64,000 nucleotides of DNA from the NCBI GenBank assembly GCA_947642455.1, contig CANRSN010000001.1, positions 20,773-84,772 of the forward strand. The letters run 5' to 3'. The notes beneath the pieces were generated by a model that saw nothing but the letters and a program-made list of their open reading frames with translations, was not told the origin of the DNA and made no database searches. This DNA comes from an uncultured Clostridiaceae bacterium. Its GTDB lineage: Bacteria > Bacillota > Clostridia > TANB77 > CAG-508. A program made the position numbers and the translations under genes. Shown here in pieces: positions 10,267-21,100 of this stretch; positions within the stretch are counted from its first letter, which is position 1; the number at the start of each line of letters is the position of its first letter.

Positions 10267-11367
10267 ATGAATAATACAAATATTGAAAATGATTTAAAAA
10301 AAGATGGTATTACAATAGTAAAACCTGTAGATACACTAACGATAACTTTAATAGCCAAATTTGTTGCTGAGAAACTAACAACAACATTTATATTTTATGG
10401 GCTAAAGCAAAATGACTTATTTGTAAGAATAGCTAGAGTGCCTATGTATATTGCCAAAATTCCTGATGGAATGTCAGAAGCAAATTACTTATACAAAAAC
10501 TCTTCTATCTATTTTAAAGAAGGTCTTTCTATAGAAGAAATGCAAGTATATGCTGTTCATGAATTTATACACTATTATCAAGAACTAAAAGACAAAAAAA
10601 ATGTCTTATATAGACTAGGTTTATGCGACTTCACAAATTTCAAAGTTTATGGAATGGCATTAAATGAAGCTGCTGTTCAACTAATTTCATCTAAAGCCCT
10701 AAAAAGTAAAGTAGATATTGTCAAATATTATGGTATACTAATGCCTACAATTAGTCCAAATTGCTATCCTATTATCTGTAATCTAATTACTCAAATGGCT
10801 TACATTACAGGTGAACAGGTTTTATTCGATAGTACTTTATATAGTAATGATAACTTTAAAAATAGTTTTATAAATTTGTGTGGAGAAAAAACTTTCTACA
10901 TAGTACAAAATAACTTTGATAAAATCCTTAATGTAGAAGAAAAAATAATAAAAATTAACTATATACTTCAAGAAAATAATAATCTTTCCGAAAAGTTAAT
11001 TTCTAAATATTCTCACAAAATATTAAAATATAAAAACATTATACAAAATACATTTATAACTACTCAAAATTTAATTTTAACTTCATATTTTAATACTAAG
11101 TTTAACAATGTATATTCTGCTACAGAAGTTGAAGAATATAGAAAAAAATTATATAACTACAAAGATATTATTGGCACAACTGATGACTATTCTTACTTTA
11201 ATAACTATTATATTAACATGATGACTAAACTTTCTGAGAAACTTGACAATATTAATTCTAATATATACTTACAACCTTACAAAGTTAATATTTTTAGTAC
11301 AGTTGTTAATAAATTATTAAAACTTGTAAATAATGGGACGGAGCAAATTGGGACAAAAATGTCCTAA
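10267..11367 (+). CDS. Hypothetical protein with zincin-like HExxH motif
   Basis: AVHEFIHYYQ ... LNEAAVQ (HExxH plus downstream E); AAGGAG RBS. Confidence 0.75.
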   Translation: MNNTNIENDLKKDGITIVKPVDTLTITLIAKFVAEKLTTTFIFYGLKQNDLFVRIARVPMYIAKIPDGMSEANYLYKNSSIYFKEGLSIEEMQVYAVHEFIHYYQELKDKKNVLYRLGLCDFTNFKVYGMALNEAAVQLISSKALKSKVDIVKYYGILMPTISPNCYPIICNLITQMAYITGEQVLFDSTLYSNDNFKNSFINLCGEKTFYIVQNNFDKILNVEEKIIKINYILQENNNLSEKLISKYSHKILKYKNIIQNTFITTQNLILTSYFNTKFNNVYSATEVEEYRKKLYNYKDIIGTTDDYSYFNNYYINMMTKLSEKLDNINSNIYLQPYKVNIFSTVVNKLLKLVNNGTEQIGTKMS

Positions 11368-11386
11368 AAGGGACAGATCAATGTAA
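11334..11386 (+). repeat. Family C ~55-bp GGGAC element (supplies the stop of 10267-11367)
   Basis: TGGGACGGAGCAAATTGGGACAAAAATGTCCTAAAAGGGACAGATCAATGTAA; near-identical to 11501-11553 and 58999-59055. Confidence 0.9.
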
Positions 11387-11396
11387 CAATAGATAA

Positions 11397-11470
11397 GAAC
11401 AACGATGGCAGATAAAAATATTTTGATATTTTAGGTTACTTTTAATGCCATCGTTGTTCTACGCAAAAAA
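11397..11470. repeat. Family B hairpin element (first stem only)
   Basis: GAACAACGATGGCA ... TGCCATCGTTGTTC, homologous to 22622 and 50811. Confidence 0.8.
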
Positions 11471-11500
11471 AACAGACCAATGTAATATTTTTTATTAATA

Positions 11501-11553
11501 TTACATTGGTCTGTCCCTTTTAGGACATTTTTGTCCCGATTTGCTCCGTCCCA
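11501..11553 (-). repeat. Family C element (supplies the C-terminus and stop of the GltD-like gene)
   Basis: Inverted copy of 11334-11386. Confidence 0.9.
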
Positions 11554-12802
11554 AAAATCCCTCTATTTCATTTGCTACATTTCTTCCTGACCTTGCGGCC
11601 CATGCAACAGTAGCTTTTTGTCCTATTAAGTCTCCACCAGCAAATACACCTTTAATTGAAGTCATATATTTTTCATTTACAATAATATAGCCTCTAGAAC
11701 TTAAATCTACATTTAAGCCTTGTACAACATTATCTTCTGTTTTTGAACCTATAGCCATAACTACATAATCCATCTGAATATCGTAATTGCTTCCATCAAT
11801 ATCTACTGGAATGGCTCTAGTTTCTCCTTCTTTATTTACTAGCTTAGTCTTTATACATTCTATTTTATTTACTGTTTTTTCCTCATTATTTCCACATATT
11901 TTTACTATATTGTTTTGGAATAAAAACTTGATTCCTTCTTTTTTAGCATCTTCAATTTCCTTTTTTTCTGCTGGCATTTGTTCTTCTGATCTTCTATATA
12001 TTACATATACTTCTTTAGCTTTTAACCTTTTTATTGTTCTTGCACAATCCATTGCAACATTGCCACCACCTACAATTGCTACTTTTTTCCCTTCATAGTT
12101 AGGATGTATATTATGTTCTAAAAGTTCGTTTCCTCCAAATACTCCATTTAAGTTTTCACCATCTATTCCCATTTTTCCAGAGATATTCGCTCCTATTGAC
12201 AAAAATACTGCATCATATTGACTTTTTAATTCTTGTAAAAATATATCTTTTCCTAACTCCATATTATATTTTACTTTAATTCCTATGTCTATTATTTTTT
12301 GTATTGTGCTTTTTATTATATTTCTATCTAATCTAAAATTAGGTATTCCATGTATCAATATTCCACCTAATTCATTATATTTTTCATATATTGTTACTTC
12401 TGCACCTTTTCTTGCTAAAAATGCTGCACATGTTAAACCTGAAGGTCCACCTCCAATTATTGCTACCTTTTTATTTATTAATGTCTTTTTATCATCACCA
12501 AAAGAGTATTTATTTTTTATTGCTAAATCTCCTATAAAAGCCTCTAAACTTCCTATGTCTGTTGGCAAACCTTTAATTCCTCTTATGCAACTTCCCTCAC
12601 ATTGACTCATATGTGGACATATTCTTCCACATATTGATTCAAGTACTGTTGTTTTACTTAATACTTTATATGCTTCTTCATAATTGCCATTTTTTATATT
12701 TTCTATAAAGCTTGGAATATCATTTTCTAAAGGACACCCCTTTTGACATGGTTTTGTTTTACAATTTAAACAGTATTTTGATTTTTCTTCTATTTGTTCC
12801 AC
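11501..12802 (-). CDS. GltD/NfnB-like FAD- and NAD(P)-dependent Fe-S oxidoreductase
   Basis: CLNCKTKPCQKGCP, CGRICPH..QCEGSC, GGGPSG, GGGNVAMD, FAGGD; GTG start. Confidence 0.88.
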   Translation of the reverse strand: MEQIEEKSKYCLNCKTKPCQKGCPLENDIPSFIENIKNGNYEEAYKVLSKTTVLESICGRICPHMSQCEGSCIRGIKGLPTDIGSLEAFIGDLAIKNKYSFGDDKKTLINKKVAIIGGGPSGLTCAAFLARKGAEVTIYEKYNELGGILIHGIPNFRLDRNIIKSTIQKIIDIGIKVKYNMELGKDIFLQELKSQYDAVFLSIGANISGKMGIDGENLNGVFGGNELLEHNIHPNYEGKKVAIVGGGNVAMDCARTIKRLKAKEVYVIYRRSEEQMPAEKKEIEDAKKEGIKFLFQNNIVKICGNNEEKTVNKIECIKTKLVNKEGETRAIPVDIDGSNYDIQMDYVVMAIGSKTEDNVVQGLNVDLSSRGYIIVNEKYMTSIKGVFAGGDLIGQKATVAWAARSGRNVANEIEGFLGRSKSGQKCPKRDRPM

Positions 12803-12894
12803 TCTGACTTTCTCCTTTTATTTAAAATTCCTCTATATTTTATTATTTTTTTCTCTTAGTTGTCAATATATTTGACCTTTTTTGGTATTTTTTT

Positions 12895-13079
12895 AGTAAC
12901 TATTCAGAGGTAAGCAAAATTTATATTCTGCTGTGTTATTAATATTTATTTTTAGAAGTTTTGCGCAGGGAAGCTCCTAAAGTGGACGCGACCCAGAGCT
13001 ACCCACGAAGCCAGTAAGAAACTTCTAAAAATAAATATTAATAACACAGCATATAGTTTAAGGCATCTGAATAGTTACT
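12895..13079 (+). repeat. Palindromic element family A, full copy (core 12955-13025)
   Basis: Outer IR AGTAACTATTCAGA, inner IR TGCTGTGTTATTAATATTTATTTTTAGAAGTTT, conserved core. Confidence 0.9.
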
Positions 13080-13098
13080 TTTTTTAATAGCATATAAA

Positions 13099-13131
13099 AA
13101 CATGGTAGAAAAATTATCTTTCTACCATGTT
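13099..13131. terminator. Intrinsic terminator for the 13141-13815 gene
   Basis: AACATGGTAGAAA ... TTTCTACCATGTT with U-tract on the minus strand. Confidence 0.7.
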
Positions 13132-13140
13132 ATCTTTTAA

Positions 13141-13815
13141 TTAGTAAAATGTGTAAATACTAGCAATGATGCCTTTATATTCACCATCTTCAAAACACTC
13201 TCTCACGCCATTTTCTCTCATAAATCTGTTTATATATTTATTACATTTTTGGCTTACTGTATAATTTTGTTTGTACCCATAAAACAAAAGCTCTTTATTT
13301 TTACGAAGCTCTATTTCTTTTGTAGATTTCTTCCCCAATTCTACCATCATTTCAGAATATATTGACATCGCCAACCTCTTTTCTTTAGCACAATACTCTG
13401 AATATGATTGATTAATTTTCTTTACCCATTCTTGAGCAAAGGTTAATTCTTTTCCTTTTTCAATTGGAGATACAGAAATAGAAATTTTATCAGCTATAAT
13501 CTTAATTCCTAATCCCTTTAATTCCTCGTTAATATTTTTATAATCTTTAATAACAAATCCAAGATTTTCAAGTTCCATTTTCAATGTTTCTTCGTCCATT
13601 TTTGGCCATACTAACATATTTGAGCCTTCGTATTCCTTTCTAGGAAAACGTATACTTCTATGAATTGGTATTGGTCTACATTTCTTATTCCCAATTACTG
13701 CCCGCCATGGTCTGTGAGCTTTTATAAACTCATTTTCAAAGTAGATATTTAGTACAAATTTTAATTCTTCTACTCTTTCTTGATGCGCTTTTTCATACAA
13801 TCTGCTAATTCTCAT
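13141..13815 (-). CDS. Hypothetical protein (ORFan), 224 aa
   Basis: AGGAGG RBS, own terminator, no recognised motif. Confidence 0.7.
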   Translation of the reverse strand: MRISRLYEKAHQERVEELKFVLNIYFENEFIKAHRPWRAVIGNKKCRPIPIHRSIRFPRKEYEGSNMLVWPKMDEETLKMELENLGFVIKDYKNINEELKGLGIKIIADKISISVSPIEKGKELTFAQEWVKKINQSYSEYCAKEKRLAMSIYSEMMVELGKKSTKEIELRKNKELLFYGYKQNYTVSQKCNKYINRFMRENGVRECFEDGEYKGIIASIYTFY

Positions 13816-13914
13816 AGTGTTTCCTCCTAATTAATTTGATAAAAGTTTACATATTCCGTTTCTATTATACTATACTTATTTAGATTTTTCAAGTGTTCAT
13901 ATATAATATCGAAA

Positions 13915-13985
13915 AAAAAGAGTACAATTTGTTTCAATTCATAGATATTAATTATCTATGAATTAAAACAAATTGTACTCTTTTC
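13915..13985. repeat. Palindromic element family A, 'empty' fold-back of the outer arm of the 8104 copy
   Basis: AAAAAGAGTACAATTTGTTTCAATTCATAGAT-attaatt-ATCTATGAATTAAAACAAATTGTACTCTTTTT. Confidence 0.85.
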
Positions 13986-13998
13986 TCTGATATTATAT

Positions 13999-14811
13999 TT
14001 ACCTATTTTTGAAATTAATATCTATTGAACCTATTCCACCTTCTACTTTTAATAGATTGTTACCATCTCCATATTTAGACTCTCTTGTTACTGTGTCTCC
14101 GTTGATTTTTACTACTCCAATTCCATTTTCTGTTTCAATTCTATAATCATCGCCAATTAAGTGAAGATCTAATTTTCCTATTCCTGCCTCAATTTTACTA
14201 TTTCCTAAGATTTCAGATTCTACTTCAGTCTTTCCTGCCCCTACATTTAGTTCTAAGTTATTCATAGATCCTGAACGTATTTCAAAGTTACCTGCTCCAC
14301 CATTTATCTTAGCCTTTTCTAGCACAGTTAATTCTTTTACTACAGCTGAACCTGCCCCTATATCAAAACTTAAATTTTTGGCTAATAAAAATTCTACATC
14401 TACTTTTCCAGCACCTGCTATAATATTTACATCTTCAAAAACAAAATCATCTGGAATATAAATTATAACTTCTTTATTTTTACTTCTTAAACTATTGTTT
14501 TTATCTCTTATTTGTATAGAGTCACCTGATTTATTACAATAAATATTTTTATCATTTGCTTCTACCTTAAACATATCTCCATGTTTTATACTAAGTTTTG
14601 CAAATTTAATTTCTATATCCAATTTTTTTATTTGCTTAATATCTTCTAATTGTGTAATTCTTTCACTTTCAGGTATATCCTCGCCTTCATCTAAGCCAAA
14701 TATTGCTGCTATCATAGATAAACCAAATAATATACCACCACATATATTTATAATAATAAACATTGCTAATGCTATAGCTATATACTTTATTACTTTTTGA
14801 ATTCCTTTCAT
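13999..14811 (-). CDS. DUF4097-like beta-strand repeat membrane-anchored protein
   Basis: N-terminal TM, repeated GAG/GIG beta motifs. Confidence 0.75.
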   Translation of the reverse strand: MKGIQKVIKYIAIALAMFIIINICGGILFGLSMIAAIFGLDEGEDIPESERITQLEDIKQIKKLDIEIKFAKLSIKHGDMFKVEANDKNIYCNKSGDSIQIRDKNNSLRSKNKEVIIYIPDDFVFEDVNIIAGAGKVDVEFLLAKNLSFDIGAGSAVVKELTVLEKAKINGGAGNFEIRSGSMNNLELNVGAGKTEVESEILGNSKIEAGIGKLDLHLIGDDYRIETENGIGVVKINGDTVTRESKYGDGNNLLKVEGGIGSIDINFKNR

Positions 14812-15491
14812 TTTATTTCAACACCTCCAAACATACAAAATGCATTAATATAAATTGTAGGTGCATTTTCGTTTACACTTCTTATAGATTTATCACTTAC
14901 TCCACCAAATATTGGAGTAGACTTTATTTTTATATTTACATTTGTAGGAACATAAATCTCAATTCCGCCAAAAATTGAACTTGCATTTATAACTTGGTTT
15001 TGTGTAATATTGGCATTCCTTAAATTACATTTTACTCCCCCAAATATTGCTGACAAATCTACTCCTTCAAATTCTTGACCATCATAATTTATATTTTGAC
15101 CTGCAAATGTAGCACAATACTCTGTTCCATTTTTCCTACCTTGATTAATCTTTTTTATTTCTTTATTTATTTTAGAAGCTACCAACTCTTTAAATATAAA
15201 AGTACAACCTATAATGACTAATACAGCTGGTATTGCTAGTTTCCAAATCATTGAAAATGATATTATACCTTGTGCACAACCTAATAACATAACACCGATA
15301 AATAAACCTATAAGATTTCCTAGTTTACCATTCTCTGTAAATAAACCTATAAAACATGGAACTATTATAAATAAAGTCCACCATCCTTTAAAAAATATAT
15401 CAATATCCGTTATTCCTAAGGCATTTAGCCCCCAAATGATTCCTATTGATATAAATACTATTCCCCATAAAACATTTCCTATCTTTTTCAT
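14808..15491 (-). CDS. LiaF-related membrane protein (cell-wall stress response family)
   Basis: 4 N-terminal TMs, repeated IFGG motifs in the C-terminal domain. Confidence 0.8.
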   Translation of the reverse strand: MKKIGNVLWGIVFISIGIIWGLNALGITDIDIFFKGWWTLFIIVPCFIGLFTENGKLGNLIGLFIGVMLLGCAQGIISFSMIWKLAIPAVLVIIGCTFIFKELVASKINKEIKKINQGRKNGTEYCATFAGQNINYDGQEFEGVDLSAIFGGVKCNLRNANITQNQVINASSIFGGIEIYVPTNVNIKIKSTPIFGGVSDKSIRSVNENAPTIYINAFCMFGGVEIK

Positions 15492-15649
15492 ACTCTACTC
15501 CTTTTCTACTAACACATAGTATGTTCCTTTTTGTCCGTTTTTAAAAACACTTTATAAAATAATAAATTTACATTCTTCAATATCATTTTTATAAAAGTAT
15601 TAGCTAAATCACTCTATATTTTACTATTTTAAATATGAACAAAACGTAC

Positions 15650-16204
15650 CTACCCTATGTTCATTTTAATTTTAACTTGTTTTAAATCCTTCCAAAATTC
15701 CAGTTTTTTATTTTCGTCTCTTAACAGAGCTGCTGGATGCCAAGTTGGCATATATAAAATTCCTTTTCTTTCTATCCATTTTCCTCTCATTGAAGTAATT
15801 CCATATTCTTTTCCTAAGATATTCTTTAATGCTGTACTACCTAACAAAACTATTATTTTAGGTTTTACTAAAATAACTTGATTTCTTAAATAATTCAAAC
15901 AACTTATAGCTTCATCTTCTTCTGGAACTCTATTAGAAGGTGGTCTACATTTTACTATATTTGCAATATACACCTCCTCTCTTTTTATTCCTATCCCTTC
16001 AAAAGCCTTATTCATTAGCTGTCCTGCTTTTCCGACGAAAGGTATCCCTTGCTTGTCCTCGTCTGCTCCTGGTCCTTCCCCTATAAACATTATATCTGCC
16101 TTTTTATTACCATCTCCAAAAACTATATTACTTCTGTTTGTACATAATTTACATTTATTGCAACCTTTTATTGATTCTTCTAATTCTTCCCAATTATCGT
16201 ACAT
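15650..16204 (-). CDS. Uracil-DNA glycosylase, family 4
   Basis: GEGPG, NIVKCRPP, HPAALLR, Fe-S cysteines. Confidence 0.93.
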   Translation of the reverse strand: MYDNWEELEESIKGCNKCKLCTNRSNIVFGDGNKKADIMFIGEGPGADEDKQGIPFVGKAGQLMNKAFEGIGIKREEVYIANIVKCRPPSNRVPEEDEAISCLNYLRNQVILVKPKIIVLLGSTALKNILGKEYGITSMRGKWIERKGILYMPTWHPAALLRDENKKLEFWKDLKQVKIKMNIG

Positions 16205-16237
16205 TTTTCCTCCTATACTCTCAAACTAAACAGTATA

Positions 16238-17077
16238 TTATTTTAATTCAATTAGTGCAGTTTCTAATCCATATTCTTGTTTTTCTACTCTATATGAATG
16301 AATAATTTCACAATTACAAACACTACATATTCCACTATCTATTATATTTTCTGACTTTATTCCTTCTTCAATTAACATTTTTTTATTTATTTCTACTGTA
16401 TCTATATGCCACTTTTTATTTTTTACAGTCTCTTCTATTGTATCTTGTATATTCTCTAAACTTTTGAATTCATTAATAAACATATCTTTTACATCTTTCT
16501 CTACTTCAAAATGACATTTTCTGATGCTTGGACAAACACAAACCATAATATCCTTAATATTGCAATTAAATTCATGATACATTTTTTCAATTGTTTTTAC
16601 AGAAATTCTTTGTAAGGTTCCTTTCCATCCAGAATGCACATTTGCTATTACATTTTTAACTGGGTCATAAAACAACATTAAAATACAGTCTGCATTTGTA
16701 GTAGATAATATCAAATTTTTCTCTTTTGTAATTAGCCCATCAGTCTTTTCGTATTCAGTTAAATTAATATCTGGCTCATTCTTTTTTATTTTTGACTTTA
16801 CAACTTTTACTTTATTTGTATGTTCTTGATTTGTTTTTACCAAATTTATATAATTACTTCCCATATTGCTACACAATATTTTATAGTCATTTATCGCTTT
16901 ATTATATGCTTGTACACTTACATTTTCTTTATTTGGTTTTGCTGTTCTAAAATTATTTTCTATTCCTAAAGAATATGCATGATTTATTTTATCTTTATAC
17001 TCTAGTAATTTTCTAAATTGTAAATATTGTACTTTGCCATTCTTTATATGAATAACATTTTCATTTGACAAATCCAT
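16238..17077 (-). CDS. YfiH/PgeF family (polyphenol-oxidase-like) protein
   Basis: QEH, DGLIT, ADC, HSGWKG, SYR motifs. Confidence 0.88.
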   Translation of the reverse strand: MDLSNENVIHIKNGKVQYLQFRKLLEYKDKINHAYSLGIENNFRTAKPNKENVSVQAYNKAINDYKILCSNMGSNYINLVKTNQEHTNKVKVVKSKIKKNEPDINLTEYEKTDGLITKEKNLILSTTNADCILMLFYDPVKNVIANVHSGWKGTLQRISVKTIEKMYHEFNCNIKDIMVCVCPSIRKCHFEVEKDVKDMFINEFKSLENIQDTIEETVKNKKWHIDTVEINKKMLIEEGIKSENIIDSGICSVCNCEIIHSYRVEKQEYGLETALIELK

Positions 17078-17099
17078 AATTTTACCTCAACTATTTCTT

Positions 17100-17996
17100 T
17101 TATATTAATTGTATGACATTATTTGCTTTTGTATCAATTTTTGCCTTTCCTCCTACTGGAATTACCATTTTCTTTTCTGTATGACCAAAATTATTAGACT
17201 TTATTATTGGCATTTTTACATTTTCACCTATAACATCTAACAATATTTTTTCTAGTGCTACACTTCCATCATAATTTCCAACCCATATACCTTTTATCTG
17301 TTCAAATACTCCATTTTGCTTCATACGATATAAATTATAATTAACTTCTTCTGGTGGAGCTTCTAGACATAATTCTTCTATAAATAGAATTTTGTCTTTA
17401 AAATCTATACAATATTTTCCTGCTGTTAAATTAGCTGTTCTTGATAAATTTCCACCAACTAGGTTTCCTTCTACTTCCCCATCTTTTATAACAATAAATT
17501 CATCATCTGGCTCTTTAAGGCTTTTTGAACCTTCTACAAACCTTTTTATAACTTGCTCATACGCATATGGCGTTGCCCAAGATGTTAAAGACTTAAATGT
17601 CGCACCATTGTATGTAACTAATCCTGTTTTTTGTGTTATTATATTTGTTATTGATGTTATGTCACTAAATCCACATAAAATTTTAGGATTATTTTTTATT
17701 AATTCATAATCTAAATATTCAAATGTACTGTTTGAATCAGAACCTCCTGCTACTGAAAATATGGCTTTTATTTCTGGATTTCTAAACATGTTGTTTATAT
17801 CTTCTGCTTTTTCTTTTCCTGTATTTGTATATCCCAATGAGTTACTAAATACATATTTTCCAAATTCTATTTGAAACCCTGAACTTTCCATTAATAGTAT
17901 TGAATTGTTTACGACTTCTAAATCTTCTTCTTTTATTGTTCCTGCTGGTGCAATAATTCCTATTTTGTCACCTTTTTCTAATTTTTTAGGTACCAT
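17100..17996 (-). CDS. LD-carboxypeptidase (peptidase S66 / MccF-like)
   Basis: GFSDIT, GGNL, FIEE, FGH. Confidence 0.9.
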   Translation of the reverse strand: MVPKKLEKGDKIGIIAPAGTIKEEDLEVVNNSILLMESSGFQIEFGKYVFSNSLGYTNTGKEKAEDINNMFRNPEIKAIFSVAGGSDSNSTFEYLDYELIKNNPKILCGFSDITSITNIITQKTGLVTYNGATFKSLTSWATPYAYEQVIKRFVEGSKSLKEPDDEFIVIKDGEVEGNLVGGNLSRTANLTAGKYCIDFKDKILFIEELCLEAPPEEVNYNLYRMKQNGVFEQIKGIWVGNYDGSVALEKILLDVIGENVKMPIIKSNNFGHTEKKMVIPVGGKAKIDTKANNVIQLI

Positions 17997-18024
17997 ATCT
18001 GATTTTCCTTTCTATTATATAACT

Positions 18025-18129
18025 ACAGTGGAAACAAATTTTATGACCATTTCTCGAACAGTTGGGATGACAGTAGCAAGGTCAACCCCAACTGCTCTAA
18101 AAATGAACCCAAAGATCGTTCTCACTGTT
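18025..18129 (-). other. ~105-nt imperfect hairpin between addB and the LD-carboxypeptidase
   Basis: GAGCAGTTGGGGTTGAC/GTCATCCCAACTGTTC core stem extending to ACAGTG/CACTGT; mismatches become G-U pairs on the minus strand. Confidence 0.6.
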
Positions 18130-18147
18130 AGAATGTATTCACTTTTT

Positions 18148-21100
18148 CTAGTAATGGCAAATTGATTTATAATTACAATATTTACATGGCATAGTTTTAT
18201 TTTTCGTATTATAATATGGTTCTATTTTTATGCTTCCTGACAATATTTCCTCAGATATTTGTTTAAGTAACTTTCGAGTATACTCTTGCAGATGTTCAAA
18301 TTGTTCTTTTGTAAGTACTTTTGATCTTTTTTCGCTTATTTTTCCATCTTTACTTATATATGCTGGAACCATTGTTGAATAACCTGCTTCCAGTTTTTTA
18401 TCCATCATTTTTATAACTTTTACATCTGCTAAAATTAAGCCTTTCATTTTAAACTGTTTTTTTAGTTTTTCTTCAATCTCTTCATCTGTTAATTGTTTTT
18501 TAGATTTTATTATTGGATCTATTAAGTTAAAATATAGTACACCTGCTGGTAATACATCTTCTATTTTGCAAGTTGCATCTAAATATGTTAAAAGTTGAAG
18601 TTGCAAACCTGCTACTACTTGATCTAAATCTATGTCTTTTATAGAAGATTTATAATCTATTATTCTTATATATTTTTTATTATTATCTCCTATTTCTGAT
18701 TTACTATTTTCTGCTTGATTATAATTATCACTTTTAGTCTCCTCTGGCATTTGTGCTATATCTACTCTATCTATTTTTCCTGTAATTTCAACCATTCTAC
18801 CATTTTCTAGTTTTAGCTTAATTGGCTTATAAGTTTTTCCTTCTTTAAATTCAAGTTCATTTCCAAAGACTTCAAAGTCACTATTTTTTAGTGTTTCTAA
18901 TATATATTTCATTGACTTTGTTATAACCTTTTTTAGCCTCATTGCTAATAATTTATATTTATCTGTACTTGTGAAAATATAATTTTTATCTAAATTTAAC
19001 TTTTCGTTTACTATATGTTCTATAATTTTTTCAATTTGTTCTTCTGATATTTCTTTAATATTTATACCATTTTCCCTAGTTCTATTAAAAAATTCGTCTA
19101 TAGTTTCATGCATAAAAGTCCCTGTATCTATTGCTTCTACTTTAAAATTATTTTTCTCTGATAATTTTAAGCCATATGTTAAGTGATATGAAAAAGGGCA
19201 AGCTCTATACTTTTCTAGTCTTGATACACTTGTATTTAACTTTTTTCCATATAATTTATCTATATTTTCTTGTGATATAACCTCTGGAACATTTTCATAA
19301 TTTATAGCTTTTAATGCCATTTCTAATTTGTCTTTATATTCCTCATTTGTAATATAATAATTATATACGTCAATCCATTTTAAGTCAATATTTTCGCCAT
19401 CTCTAAATTCCCTCAAATTATTTATTAATTCTTCTAGTGTCGATTTTTCCGTTATTATTTCTGAGTTTGTATATATTATGTCACTTTCTTCTTTTAATTT
19501 AGGAAAAATATTTTTTATCTTTTTAATTAACATTGAAGGTCTTAATGTTGCACCATCTAAACTAGCAGATGAATATGATAAATATAATTTTTCTTCTGCT
19601 GTAGTAAATGCTTTATATATAGCAAAATTGTCTTCATATAATTGTTCTAATGTACCTTTTGCAAGCTCTATTCCCTTTTCTTTTAGATTTTTTCTATCAT
19701 TATCATTTAAAAAGCCTTCATCTTTATGTATTGATGGGAAAATGCCATCATTTAGCCCAATTATGAATATTGCCTTTACTTTATGACTTCTAGTCCTATC
19801 TACATCCCCTACTGTAACTTGATCTTGTGCTGCTGGTATTTTTCCAAGTCCACTACTTCCAAGTCCCGTTTTTAATATTTCTATATATTTTTCAAATGTT
19901 GTTTTATCTTGACCAAATATTAAAATTAATTCATCAAATAAGTCTATTATGACTTTCCATGCAATTTCATATTCATTTGCTATTTCTACATCTTTTTCTA
20001 TCATCTCATTTTTTTTGTTTTGCAAAATTTGCTCTATATTATTATCTACTAAAAATTTATATAATTCTTTTGTAATTTGTTCTACTGTTTTTGTTCCTGA
20101 CAAATTTTGCTTTAAATTGATAAGCGGTTCTACTATTTGTTTTCTAATGTTTTCTAATTTTTCTTGTAACTCTTTTTCCTCTTTAAAATTCCACTCATTT
20201 TGCCACTTTTTTCCTTTAATTCCCCATTTTATGCAATAATTTTCTAATAAAAATATATCATCTTTGTCTATATTTAATATACCTGATTTTATATAGTTGA
20301 ACATTGATTCATATGACCAATTTTTTGTAAAAATGTCAAGTATAGAAATTATATATTTTACCAATATATTTTTACTAAGCTCTTTTTTCTCATCTATAAA
20401 CACTGGTATATCATACTTAGAAAAAATTGCCTTACACAAATTTGAATATGTTTCTAATTCTTTTGTAATTACTGCAATATCTCTAAACCTGTATCCTTCA
20501 TCTCTTACTAATTTAACAGCCTGTTTTGCTACATTTTCAACTTCTGAATAATTGTTACTTGCCAAAAATAATGATACATTTTGGACTTCTTTTTGGTATG
20601 GCTCTGCTGTTACTTCATAAATGTTTTTTTCTAAATGTTCAAGCTCTAAACTTTTAAATCTATATTGATTTTTTAAAAATACTGTTTTTTCAAGTTCTAT
20701 ATTTTCTGTTTTTGCCATATATAAAAGTTTACTAGCTGTTTTTTTATTAGAATAAAATATGTCTGTATCTGGATTTGTTTGCATGTCTAAGTCATCTGTA
20801 CATACTGTTACAGATATTTGTTTTGCTTTTCTTGCTAGTGCTTTTATTATATTGTATTCTTGTGGTGTAAAGCCTGCAAATTCATCTATGTATATTATTG
20901 TATTTTTAAACATATCTGTTTTTTCCAATTGCTGAGCCAAAATATCTAATTTATCATTTTCATCAATATATTTGTTTTCTATGTTTTGCTCAAATGATTC
21001 ATATATTGCATATATGTCTTCTAATTTTGCTTTCAAATATTTATCTTCTGTACTTTCTATTATCTCCTTTAGTTTTTCTATAGATATGTTATGCTTTTTT

